DNA of 64,000 nt from assembly GCA_030390025.1 (NCBI GenBank), contig CM059432.1, positions 23,562,001 to 23,626,000 of the forward strand, written 5' to 3'. Below, one piece after another: positions 36,736 to 48,448 of the stretch. The stretch comes from Squalus acanthias (Eukaryota). Numbering within the stretch: the first letter of the stretch is position 1; each line of letters opens with the position of its first letter. Under the pieces are notes generated by a model, which had not been told where the DNA came from, did not search any database, and worked only from the letters and a program-made list of their open reading frames with translations. The position numbers were made by a program, and so were the translations under genes.

Positions 36736-37278
36736 CAGCCTGTTTACCATTGACGGTAAAATATTCATATTCATTATGAGGACCTCCTGTTCCCCCTGAG
36801 GAGAGAGGGAGGTGACAATAATGAATATATCTGTCACTAGCTCTCGGGTGGATCACGCTTTGTTTCTCCCTCCCCGCTCCACCAATTCAATTGCTGCTCA
36901 CATCAGCATTTCATTCTTCAAGGAAGCCAACTTGAGCTACGAAATGTTCTGATGCAGGAGCCTGAATGGTCTAGTAGTGTTGGGTGACTGAACTGTTGGT
37001 GCAGTGAGAAGGGCTGTTTAGATATTTTCACAATTTATTTTTCCTGGCCAATTTCATCCCCTCTTCAACAATACTCTCCAGTACCTTGACCCAGTGGCCA
37101 TTCTTTATCTGTGAGACTGTACCTTGCTGACAAATGATGCTAATGCCAGCAGTTTAAAAAAAATGTCCCTGAAAGCTGTTTGATTGCCATTAACATGTGT
37201 CTGGTTTGCTATTGTCCTTCAGGGAACGTGCCACTTCTTTCTGGTTTGCCCTGTAGGAGACTTGAGTCTACACCACGG

Positions 37279-37461
37279 AGGATAGAAATTTTACTTGTAT
37301 CTAATCCATGGGTGGTGGGCAGTTTAGGCTTGCACTGAGTGTCAGTGGTGGAAAATAGTTAATTCTCAGAACTGATTCCCTCATAGAATCACACAGTACA
37401 GAAGGAGGCCATTCGGCCCATCGTGCCTGTGCCTGCTCTTTGGTAGAGCTATCCAATTAAT
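37279..37461 (+). repeat. Direct duplicate of 34876-35036 (flank plus CR1 tail)
   Basis: Shared aggatagaa.ttttacttgtatctaatccatggg...ttctcagaactgattccctcatagaatcacacag...gagctatccaattaat. Confidence 0.85.
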
Positions 37462-38448
37462 AGCACTTGCGTAGTTGCTCGGTGAGGCTGGGGGGTCAGG
37501 CTTAATGCCCTCTGAAGTGGTCGAGAAAGCCACTGGAGTAGCACAAACAATCACTGCATCACCAAAGGCAGCAAGGGGTGGACAATAAATGCAGTCTTGC
37601 CAGTGTCATCCACACTCAGATCAAATAAAAGAAATAACACTATCATTCAGGGGGTTGGTGTTGTCTGAGGACTGCCAGCCAAGATTGAATAGTGGAAAGG
37701 TGACAATGGATTAATATTACTGAGATTTACTTAATTTATCTTTGGGGGAATCGGGGAATGCTTATGCAGAATTTAGCTTCATGAGTTTAAATGTGTCAGT
37801 CCGATAGAGTCCATGATGGAGTAGATTATACCTAGTTTGTAGAAGGAGAGTAGGCAAAATGGGACAAATGTTGTTTCCTCATTTCATGCTTTCTGATATT
37901 CTTATACCTCTACTTAACAGAACACGGACAAGGCATTATATTCAATGCCCTTCCCCACCCCAGCCATGAATAAAACCCTAAGCATAAGAGGAAGAACTTG
38001 GCCTAGAAATTGTATTGCTCCTGAATTACGATTAACGATGGTGCATGATGTGTTTGTATGACATACTTCTGTCTACTAATTCAGTGGAGATATTAAACCA
38101 TTTAAAATAAATGGGTTATAACACTTGCATTAAACTAGTAGTCAAAGGAATATCATATGAACATATTAAATATTCATCTGCTAAAAAGCTAAGCGTAATT
38201 TCTAAGCTATAGTTGCTGAAACTTGCAGGTGATCAGGTTGAAGCTGAAGCACCATTGCCATAGTTCAATACATCATAGAGGGGAAATCCGGTACTGTAAC
38301 GCCTCCCGTTAGCGCGTCCGGGGACGCTAATGAGGCACTACCGGCTTTGCGATCAGGTGCGGCGATAGTACCGACGCCAGCGAAATTGAGATGGAGTTTT
38401 GCGGCGGCGGTAACCACTAGCGCCACGCTCTCCTGCGCCCGGAGATCG

Positions 38449-38581
38449 TGACGTCATCCGGCTGCGCAGCGCCCCAGCTCAGAAATTCACTCTTACCCCC
38501 TGCCTGAGTGCCTGCTGTTAGCAGCGACAGGTAGAGGAGATGGTCTGCAGTTAGATAAGTGCTGGGGTAGTGGTATATAAA
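38449..38581 (+). promoter_or_regulatory. Putative Harbinger transposase promoter (CRE + TATA)
   Basis: TGACGTCA at 38449 and TATATAAA at 38574; the same 125-nt spacing is seen in the second element (45597, 45722). Confidence 0.5.
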
Positions 38582-38758
38582 GGTGTCAACATCCATTTTT
38601 TTTTTAGTCGGCAAAGAATGCTGCCTTGTCAGTTTGACATAGGCAGATAGGCATTTTGAGCGATTTCAGTGGTGTTCACTTGAAGGAGTCTGCTGCCTCA
38701 GAAAAATTATTCAGTTTCATTTAGGTGAGATTTTAAAATGCAACATTTCCATACTATA

Positions 38759-39868
38759 ATGGGGGCTGTACTGGCACTGGACCTCGCCCTCCAGCATCAA
38801 CGTCGGAGGCAGAGAGAAAGATTGCAAAATGTGGCCAGAGGGAGGAGGGTCAACAGGGTTCTCGACAGGAGGCCTGACCCTCCCAGGGTATTCCAGCAGC
38901 ATTTCTCCTACATCAATCTCACTGAGGAGCAGTGCCTTAGAAGGCTCCGCTTCACCAAGGACGTGGTCACACAGCTCTGCCACCTCCTGCAGCCAGACCT
39001 CGAGCCTCACACCAGGAGCACCAGGGCTCTCTCAGTGGCAGTCAAGGTCACCATCGCCTCAATTTCTACGCCAGCGGATCCTTCCAGTGTGCAACAGGAG
39101 ATATTTCTAACATATGGCAGTTCGCCGTCCATTGCTGCATCTGCGAGGTCACAGATACTCTCTACAGAAGGAGAAGGGACTACTTTCCTTCCCAATGACC
39201 ACAGTGAAGTAGGACGAGCATGCGTATGACTTTGCCAGGATAGCGGGCTTCCCCATGGTGCCGGGCGCCATTGACTACACCCATGCTGCTTTGCAGGCAC
39301 CGCATAACAATCCTGAGATCTTCGGTAACCGCAAAGGCTACCACTCACTTAATGTCCAGTTGGTGTGCGACCACAGACAGCGAATCCTCACCGTCAATGC
39401 CTTCATCCTGCGCCAGACCGCTGTGCCAGCACTCTTCCAGCCACCACATCAACTCGTGGCTGGCTGCTGGGAGACAAGGGCTATCCGCTCTCCACCCGGC
39501 TCATGACTCCCCTCCGCAACCCCAACACTCCTGCCCAGCACTCATACAATGAGAGCCATGCTGCCACCAGGAACATCATCGAGCAGACCATCGGAGTGCT
39601 CCAGCAATGGTTCTGCTGCCTTGACCGCTTGGGCAGAGCCTCCAGTACTCAGCTGAGTGGGTTTCACTTTTCGTCGTCGTCGTCTGCTGCATGCTGCACA
39701 CCTTGCCATCATGAGGGCACAGCCATTGCCACCAGGCATAGCTGCACCACTTCAGGAGGAGGACGAGGAGGAGGAGGAACAGGAACACGAACATCAGTGA
39801 CGGAGGAACCCGCCACTCCATCGGCCTTATGTAACCATGACTGCCTCATCAGACTTCGGTTTCTATGA
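38759..39868 (+). pseudogene. Harbinger DDE transposase (HARBI1-like), frameshifted
   Basis: [69 protein letters not shown] spread across several frames. Confidence 0.92.
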
Positions 39869-40033
39869 TTTCGAGGCCACTTCCCGGTTGTTCAGCCCGT
39901 CCCCATCAATCCATCAATTTCTCATTCCATGCCACACCCCAAAGCTGAAATGAGATACATCACCATATCTGTAACATTGCAAGAATAAATTTATCCAAAA
40001 TCAGTGTACACATATATACAACAACAATATTAA

Positions 40034-41583
40034 CTAATCACCCTTGTGCAAACCCTTACTTCCCCTCTTTACAGTGCCTTTTCCTAATCTGCTGCTCCTA
40101 CGTAGTGTCTCCCCAGTGGTTGCAGCAGGGATGGTGAAAGGCTGCTGAGTGTCGGTACCAGAGACTACAGATGGCCGTGCAGGATGCCCTCGACCAGCTC
40201 TGGGCCTGGAAGGCCCGGCTGTACCCTGCGACACCTCCGGATGGACGGCGGCTGTCCACATGACAGCACTAAGACGTTGTGTCGCTTCTGCCTGTGCTGC
40301 AGTGGAAGCTGCCACATCGCCCATGACACGTCATGAGGTCTGGATTCGCATGGTCTCTCTGGGGGTCCACCATCCTCTGCAGAGTGGAAATGATGGGTTC
40401 CATGGTGTGCACAGAGCTTTGTGCAATGTTGGAGGCGAACTCCTCCACGCTCCTTACCATTACCGAGAGGCTCTCGGGCACCCTTGCCATTGCACCTATC
40501 ATCTCGAAGTGCATGGCCATCATCCTTCTTGTGAACGCCTCCCCATCGAGGTCCTCATCTGAGTCCTGTGCAGCAGAACTCGCCCTCCAGGGAGCTGGCT
40601 CCCGAGCTACCCTTCCCCTCTGTCCTTGCTGCAGCCCGCTCATCCCCAGTGTATCACCCAGTACAGACCCCTCTGCTAAACTTGCCTCTAAAGATTGCGT
40701 AGTGTCAGTATCTGAGGTGGTGCCTGCGGGTGAGAGATGCAGTGACGCGGTGCTTTGCTCCTCCTCCTCTTCTCCTTCCTCACACTCAGTGGGAGGCTCA
40801 TGGACAGACTGGTCATCAGGTTGTTTATTCTCTGAATGCATAAAGGCACGAGACTCACGTTAAGGTGAGGGCAGGGGGACAGGAAGGGAACAAGGAATGC
40901 AGACAGCATCAGGAGCCGGAAAGTGGGAAAGGCTTGTGGTGTGAGGGGGAAGTGGGATGAGAGAAGGAGAGGGGATGAACATACCGTTGTTGCCCCCAAC
41001 GGGGTCGACGTTGCCGACGGCCACGCCACCCACCACCTGGCACCCAATGAGTCGCAGCACTCGCTCCTCCAGGTTTGCAAGCTGCTGGAGCTGCGCATCA
41101 TCCCCGCCTGTTCTCTGCTGCTCCCTCCTATTGTGGGCCATCTTGGCCTGCAAGAGAAACGAATATGTGTGAGTCAGAGTGTTTGGGAGATATGCCTGCT
41201 GTTGTTGAATAGCTGTGATTGTAGGCAAGGCATGAGATGTGGATGTAAGTTTAAGTAGGTGCAGATGCTTGGTGGGGGTGTGGTGGTTTGTGCAGTGTGT
41301 ACAGACTGAGGTTCAGCTGCTGGTATGTAGACCTGTTGAAGCATGTACTCACCTTGACCACCTGAGTGAGGTCATTGAATTTCTTGTGGCGCTGTGTCAG
41401 GCTGCGTTCGCCCACACTACTGGCCGAGACCCCCTGGGCCACTTCCCTCCACATTGCCCTGAAGACCTGGGGCAATGGCCTCCTTCCAGTGTCCGGAAAC
41501 AGCACTGCCCTCCATCGCTCCACTCCCGCGACCAATGCCATGAAACCACGAGCTCTCTCCCTGGGAGTGGGATCAGCCAACAC
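40034..41583 (-). pseudogene. Harbinger Myb/SANT-like DNA-binding gene, three exons
   Basis: Exon 1 ..WREVAQGVSA..RSLTQRHKKFNDL..K|gtgagt (ends 41353); exon 2 41147-40985 (163 nt, AKMAHNRREQQRTGG); exon 3 from 40831 (acidic, low complexity) with a frameshift near 40320; splice phases are consistent. Confidence 0.85.
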
Positions 41584-41705
41584 GATCAGGGGATTGAGTT
41601 GTTAGCAGGTCGCCTTCACAGCCAGCAATGCTGATAATGAGGATCTGCACAATGATGCAACCTCCCCTTTAAGAGCTGGAAGGAGCCAGTTTGAAGGATC
41701 ATTCC

Positions 41706-42363
41706 CGATACTTAGGATTAGGAAGGCTAATGGAATGTTGGCCTTTATTGCAAGGGGTATGGAGTATAAAAGTAGAGAAGTTTTGATGCAACTTTACAGG
41801 GCGCTAGTGAGACCGCACCTGGAGTACTGCGTACAGTTTTGGTCTCCATATTTAAGGAAGGATATACTTGCATTGGAGGCAGTGTAGAGAAGGTTCACTA
41901 GGTTGATTCCTGGGATGAAGGGGTTGATGTATGATGAAAGGTTAAGCAGGTTGGGCCTATACTCATTGGAGTTTAGAAGAATGAGAGGTGACCTTATTGA
42001 AACATATAAGATTCTGAGGGGGATTGACAGGGTGGATGCTGAGAGGATGTTTCCCCTAGTGGGGGAATCTAGAACTAGGGGTATAGTTTCAGAATAAGAC
42101 GGAGCTGAGGAGGAATTTCTTCTCTGAGGGTCGTGAATCTTTGGAATTCTCTACCCCAGAGAGCTGTGGAGGCGGAGTCATTGAATATATTCAAGGCGGA
42201 GATTGACAGACATTTGAACTACAAGGGAGTCAAGGGTTATGGGGAGAGAGCGGGAAAGTGGTGTTGAGGCCAAGATTGGATCAGTCATGATCTTATTGAA
42301 TGGCGGAGCAGGCTCGAGGGGCCGATTGGCCTACTCCTGCTACTGTTTCTTATGTTCTTATGA
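41706..42363 (+). mobile_element. CR1 3' portion nested in the Harbinger
   Basis: LGLYSLEFRRMRGDLIETYKILRG; tail ttcttatgttcttatg; ATTCC on both sides. Confidence 0.9.
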
Positions 42364-43557
42364 TTCCATTGCACCTGAAATTCATTATCGCTCTGCTGGT
42401 AGCACCCTGCTGAGGTCATTAGCGCTCCAGGTCTTTCCTGGGGCGCTAACAGCCAATTTAGGAGAAGCTCAGAATCCTTAGCGTCTGGCCCTACTTTTCA
42501 TCATTTCAAAAATTATCGCCCCAAATGAATTTCTCCCCCCATGAGTTTTCAGGCACAGAAGTTGCTTTATAAATTGTGGGAATCACAATCCTGTGCTCAG
42601 TGGAGTTGCAGTTTGCAGGCGTTCATATTTTATTGGGTTAAGGTTTTGCACAAAACATGACAAAAAGAAAATCTAATTGATTTAAAAAAAAAAGGAATAC
42701 ATCAGGAAGTGTTTGATTTGACTCGCTGAGGCACGTCAATGAATTTATTTAAACTACACTGTTCTATTTTGGCAGGATTGTATTGTGCTGAGGGCCATAG
42801 AGGCTTGATGATCTGTGAATTTTGTACTCCTAAACTCCGAATGCATTATTCATTCATAAACTGTAAATATTTCTTCCTCGATGCTTTTCTTCCTCCTTCC
42901 ATCCTCGCTGTGCTGAACTCACGCCTCAACACAGAGTCTCAATTTTCCCAGGACTTCGAAACTGCAAATGCCCTCAAGTTACCTGGAGGTGCAATCACCG
43001 CTACACTGTCGGTGCAAATCCCTTTGGTTTTGTATCAAGACTGCAATTATAGTGTAAATTCAGCCTGAGTCAGGGCCTGACTGCCATCGGCGTGATGAGG
43101 AGTGAGATTCCCAGACGAGATAATCTATTTTGCATAAGAGTCAATTTTGGCCTTGATGCCTGATTCACACACTCAATTTTAGCACTCGTGCAAAGGCAAA
43201 GCTGCTTTGCACTCATACTAATCTTAAAGTGTGAATGTCCACTAGTCTTCCCTTCCTCTTATAATTTACAGGCTTTTAACCCAAATTTGGCTTCAGCTAA
43301 AGATTTATGTCATGATTTTCAGCCTCGTTGCTGACCTGCACTATGGGTCTTAGCTCGTCACCTATGTTTGTCAATAATGAAAATGACCGCGGCTCTGTTG
43401 AACTGAAACATTACTTTCTTTCCTTTTTATTCCAGCTCCCTTGAGATATAGGCCAACAGTCCAGTAGCCTTTTTGATTACGTTTTGTCCCTGTGCAATGG
43501 ATTTTAGTGATTTGTGTATCTGGACACTCAAATCCCTTTGCTCATTCACAGTTCCTA

Positions 43558-44862
43558 GGGCCTAGAAATGCATCTGTTGAGTGCCACTCCATAGCGCCAT
43601 GAAATGCCGATAAAATGGCCGCCGCTGCTCTTTTGCCAGCTGGTGGCGGGTCCCGCGGCGGCGGCCATATTCCTCTTCCCCTTTGCGCTGTCAGTAACTG
43701 GCAGCGCCCTGGAGAAATAAATGGAGGCATGGTGACGTCAATCAGCGTGCAACGGCGACTTAATGTCACCAACGCAAACTTCGACCCTAGCGCTGAATTC
43801 AGTGCTGGCTCCTAAGCACGCCAGGATAACCTGGCGTGCAAGCAGGCTGACAGTGGCGACTTCAGCAGCTCTTAAAGGGACACACAATTCATTCAGGTAA
43901 GTTTGAATTTAAGGGGACTGTTTTTTTTTGATTTTATTGAAGTGGTGGCTTGCTGCAATAGATGTGAAAAGTTTTTTTTAAGTGTGTAGGGAGTGCTGCT
44001 GGATGTTTGCAAGGGCTCGGATGGTAAATGAAGGCCTTTGAGACGACGGAACATGCTGCAAATACTCAGCAGGTCACGCAACATCCATGGAGAGAAAAGC
44101 AGAGTTCATGTCTCAGGTCGACATGCTGCCTGACCAACTGAGTATTTCCAGCATTTTATGCTGTCATTTCACATTTACAGCATCCGCTAGCAGAGAGATG
44201 AGGCAGACACAGAAGTGGAGGAAGCCGAAGAGGAGGAATCAGACGGAAGGATGCATCCCAGACAGCCCCTTTGTGGCTGGGATATCCTGGATGGAATCAT
44301 CAGCCTGAGGTTCCACTGGCTGGGCAGGCTGCCTCTTGTTGACCCACTGGCTGGGCAGGCTGCATTTCTTGGGTGTGTGAAATGAGGAAGGCACAAGGGT
44401 AGAGTTATGGTGACGGGAGGGCGGGAAAGCAAAATGTGCATACCAGAATGATGTAAAAGAATACCCGCTACCCGCATCTTGTAATCTTTCAGCCTTGAAT
44501 CTGGCCAAGGGCTCAACCATACCCCTGCCAAGAATGTCCTGCACTGTCTCCTTGAAGGGGGTGAGGTGAGGCTAGGAATGGGAGATGTGCCTCGTCATTG
44601 GTGCAGATTGTTGGTAGGTAAGTGATTGGGGGTTGTGCATTGAGCAGTGTGTGAGGCTAATGGTGCAGTTGGTAGGAGACGGCTTTTGAAGATGCATTCA
44701 CTGACCTTGACAGAAACTTCAGGATGGTGTTGCATGGTAGGTGAGCGCTATGCCACCTATCTCCATGCCCCCCAGACCAATTTCACTCGCTTAGCGTTGC
44801 GGCCATTTCCAGTGGCCGGTAACATCGGCAACTTTGCTGGCGAACACAAATTTTTTTCCCCT
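43558..44862. mobile_element. Non-autonomous Harbinger derivative
   Basis: Starts GGGCCTAGAAAT, ends aaattttttttcccc; 44690-44720 resembles the Myb-gene exon-1 donor region at 41340-41380. Confidence 0.55.
44050..44187 (+). mobile_element. Old second-family Penelope fold-back copy
   Basis: atgctgcaaatactcagcaggtca ... tgaccaactgagtatttccagcat plus tail ..cagcatccgc, homologous to 29629-29854. Confidence 0.7.
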
Positions 44863-44884
44863 CTCGTCTCTCACCATTAAGAAA

Positions 44885-45444
44885 ATATTGCTAGTTGTCT
44901 TTCTTGGATCCAACTGGATGATCTCACACTTCGCCATAGTTTTGCCGAACAAACCTAATTTGTCTATGTCCTTTTGTAACTATCATTTCCATCTACTTTG
45001 CCTCCTAACTTAGTGTCTTTTGAAAACTTGGATATACAACTCTCTATCACTTCATCCAAGACGCAGAAGGATCGGTAAATAATTATTAGCAAAAGTAAAA
45101 GAGCATTAATATGTCTGGTGTAAAGCTGAGACCCCAGTACAGGTCCCCGATCAAGATCACTCACTACACCCGCCAAACATTCCCTTTATCCCGACACTCT
45201 GTCTCCTAACTCCCACCCAATTACCAACCTATGTCACAAAGTTTCCTCCAATTCCATGCTCTTTTATTTTTGCTAATTATTATTTACTGATCCTTATCAA
45301 ATGTCTTCTGGAAGTCCGTATAGACAACATCCACAGACACTCCCTTATCCACCATGTTAGTGATTAGAAAATTTAACTCGATTAGTCACAAATGACCTAC
45401 TCGTGGCAACTCCATGCTGACTCTCTTTGCTCATACTTGTCCAA
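44885..45444 (-). mobile_element. Old CR1 RT fragment, host of the next Harbinger (resumes ~48310-48400)
   Basis: GPVLGSQL, ISKFSKDTKLGGKV and YTDFQKTFDK-like segments. Confidence 0.75.
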
Positions 45445-47940
45445 GGGGGAGAAATTGGGTGCCTCCGGGAGGTGCCAATGAGGTGCTACCGGCTTTGTGA
45501 CCGGGCGCGGCGCTAATACCGACAGCCGCGAGATTGAGCTGGAGGTTTGTGGCAACGGTAACCACTATCGCCACACTCTCCTGCGCCCAGAGATCATGAC
45601 GTCATCCGGGTGCGCAGCGCCCCGGCTCAGAAATTCACTCTCGCCCCCTGCCTGAGCGCCTGCCGTTAGCAACGACAGGTACAGGAGGCGGTTTGCAGTC
45701 GGATGAGCGCTGGAGGAGCGCTATATAAAGGGGCCAACTTCCGGGTTTTTTTTGTCAGCAAACAATGCTGCCTTATCAGTTTGGCACAAGCAAACAGGCG
45801 TTTTGACCCATTTGACCGTTTTCAACTTAAAGGAGTATTCTGGCTGAGAAAAATGTATCACTTTCATTTGGGTTACAATTGATAGTGCAACATTTCAATC
45901 ATTTAATGGGGACTGCACTGGCACTGGGTCTCACCCTCCAGCGTCACCATTGGAGGCAGTGGAGGCAGAGAGAAAGATTGGAAAACGTGGCCAGAGGGAG
46001 GAGGGCCAACAGGGCTCTCAGCAGGAGGCCTTACCCTCCCAAGGTATTCCGAGAGCACTTCTCCTACATGCGTCTTTCAGAGGAGCAGTGCCTTAGAAGG
46101 AGGTGGTCACAGAGCTTTGCCACCTCCTGCACCCAGACCTCCAGCCTCAGCACAGCACCAGGGCATTTCTCTCAGTGGCAGTTAAGGTCACAGTCGCTCT
46201 CAATTTCTATGCCACTGGCTCCTTCCAGGCTACAACAGGGGATATTGCAAACATTTCGTAGTTCGCCGACCATTGCTGCATCCGGGAGGTAACAGACGCT
46301 CTACAGAAGGAGAAGGGAGTACATCTCATTCCCCATCACCAGAGAGAAGCAGGTCGATGCTCATGTGGCTTTGCAAGAATAGTGGGCTTCCCAATGGCAT
46401 TGACTGCATCTACGTGGCATTGCGGGCACCTCATCACAATGCAGAGGTGTTCCGTAACCGCAAAGGCTACCACTCTCTGAACGTTCAGTTTGTGTGCGAC
46501 CACAGACAGCGCATCCTCGCCGTCAATGCCCGTTATCCTGGCAGCAGCCACGATGCATTCATCCTGCGACAGTCCCAGCACTGTTCCACCCACCACATGA
46601 AGCTCGCGGCTGTCTGCTTGGAGACAAGGGTTATCCACGCGCCACCTGGCTGATGACATCCCTCCGCAACCCCAACACTCCTGCTCAGCACGCATACAAT
46701 GACAGCCATACTGCTACCAGGTACCTGATCAAACACACTATCGGGGTATTAAAGCAACGGTTCTGCTGCCTTGGATATTATAGGAGCCCTGCGGTGCTCC
46801 CCTGATTGAGTCTCCGTTTTCATCGTTCTGTGCTGCATGCTGCACAACCAGTCCATTCTGAGAACCCAGCCATTGCCACCAGGGATTGGAGGTCCATCTC
46901 AGGAGGCGGAAGAGGGAGAGGAGGAGGATGAAGAGGGAGAGGAGGAGGAAGAGGGGGAGGCGGAGGAGAATGATGAAGAGGAGGAGGAGCAGCAGCAATG
47001 GAGGAGTAAGGCACTCAATCTTGCTTCTGCCAGGGCCGTGCGTGAGAGCTTCAGCGCTTCCAATCAATGATATATCACATGGCGTTTGCGCAGCACAACC
47101 ACATCATTACATCCAGCTCGCAGCCCCTATCACCGGGCAAAGGTCAAATAAACATCACAAAATGTGGATCGTCAAATGAACAATTTAATATCGATAACAA
47201 CTCTTTATTATGAAACACAAATATTCATAATGAAATACAACAATATATTTACAAACACATCAATGTATTAACACACACTACCCCCATTTACTAATGAAGT
47301 ATTCTTTACTCCCCCTTCTTCAATGATTTCCCTCCCCTTTTGAGCTCCCCCCTCCCAAACCTCCTGCTCCTCTGTAATGTGGCCCCAGTGGCTGCAGCAA
47401 GGCTGGTGGAAGGCTGCTGAGTCTGGGAGCCAGAGACTGCTGATGGCCTTGCAGCATGCTCTCGATCAGCTCTGGGCCTGGAGGGCCCAGCTGCAGACTG
47501 CACCAACTCAGCAGGGCGGCAGCAGTCTGGGATGGCTGGGTTACAGGCTACGACAAGTGCAATAGCGGAGTGACCGTGATGGGAGCAGGAATGCTCGAGC
47601 ACAGATTGCTGGCCTGCTGCGGCACCGTGAGATCCCTGTTGGACTCTGGGCGGCATCAATCTGAGACTGCACGAGAGCACTCTGAGGTTGCATGCCAGCA
47701 ACCACTAACTCCATTGCAGCACTAAGCCGTTGCATTGCTTCGGCCTGTGCTACAATAGCTGCTGCCACCTCACCCGTTTCACGCCACATGAGGTCTGGGT
47801 CCCCACGGTCTCTCTGCGAGTCGACCATCCTTTGCAAACTGTCAAGGATGGGCTCGATGGTGTGCTAAAGTTAGCGCCCAGACGATGTCAGCGCCCCAAA
47901 ATGGTTGATACCGAATTCCCCTCCCCCGCCCCCCCCCCCC
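45445..47940. mobile_element. Internally deleted Harbinger transposon
   Basis: Left TIR GGGGGAGAAATTGG, right ccgaattcccctccccc plus poly-C; TSD CAA; colinear with the 38277 element; Myb-gene 3' remnant at 47306-47860 (minus). Confidence 0.88.
45906..47070 (+). pseudogene. Harbinger transposase, disrupted
   Basis: [63 protein letters not shown] (catalytic E appears as K), acidic tail. Confidence 0.9.
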
Positions 47941-47967
47941 CAAGTGCCTTGACCCTGATGAAGATTC

Positions 47968-48308
47968 CAGTGTTTTTCAAATCCCTCCACGGTCTCCCTG
48001 CAACCTATCTCTGTAATCTCCTCCAGCCTACAACCCTCCGAGATCTCTGCGGTCCTCCAATTTTGGCCTCGTGCATGCCCGATTTTAATCGCTCCACCAT
48101 TGGCGGTCGTGCCTTCAGCTCCCTAGGCCCTAAGCTCTGGAATTCCTTCCCTAAACCTCTCTACCTCTGTTTGATCAAGCTTTTGGTTATCTGTCCTAAT
48201 ACCTCCTTCTGTGACTCGATGTCAAATTTTGTTTGATAACGCTCCTGTAAAGCGCCTTGGGACTTTTTACTACGTTAAACGAGCTATATAAATGTAAGAT
48301 GTTGTTGT
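47968..48308 (+). mobile_element. L2 3' end
   Basis: FKSLHGLP..YLCNLL..GGRAFSSLGPKLWNS; (gtt)n tail. Confidence 0.88.
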
Positions 48309-48448
48309 CGTAATTTCCCCACAACTGATGTTAAACTGACAAGTCTGTAGTTTCCTGGTTTCACCTTCCCTTCCTTCTTTGCAATTTTCCAATCCAAAAG
48401 AACCTGGTGTTATCCAATATTTTAATCAGCAGTATCTTCACAAAGCTA

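Larger units (their letters stand above)
38277..42539. mobile_element. Two-gene PIF/Harbinger transposon (decayed, full length)
   Basis: Imperfect TIRs AGAGGGGAAATCC / GAATTTCTCCCCC with probable TSD CAT (ends uncertain by 1 nt); convergent transposase and Myb/SANT-like genes. Confidence 0.9.

Noticed and set aside
38759..39868. Host HARBI1 gene
   Set aside because: Frameshifts and a stop, TIRs, a Myb partner gene and a second copy nearby indicate a transposon, not the domesticated gene.
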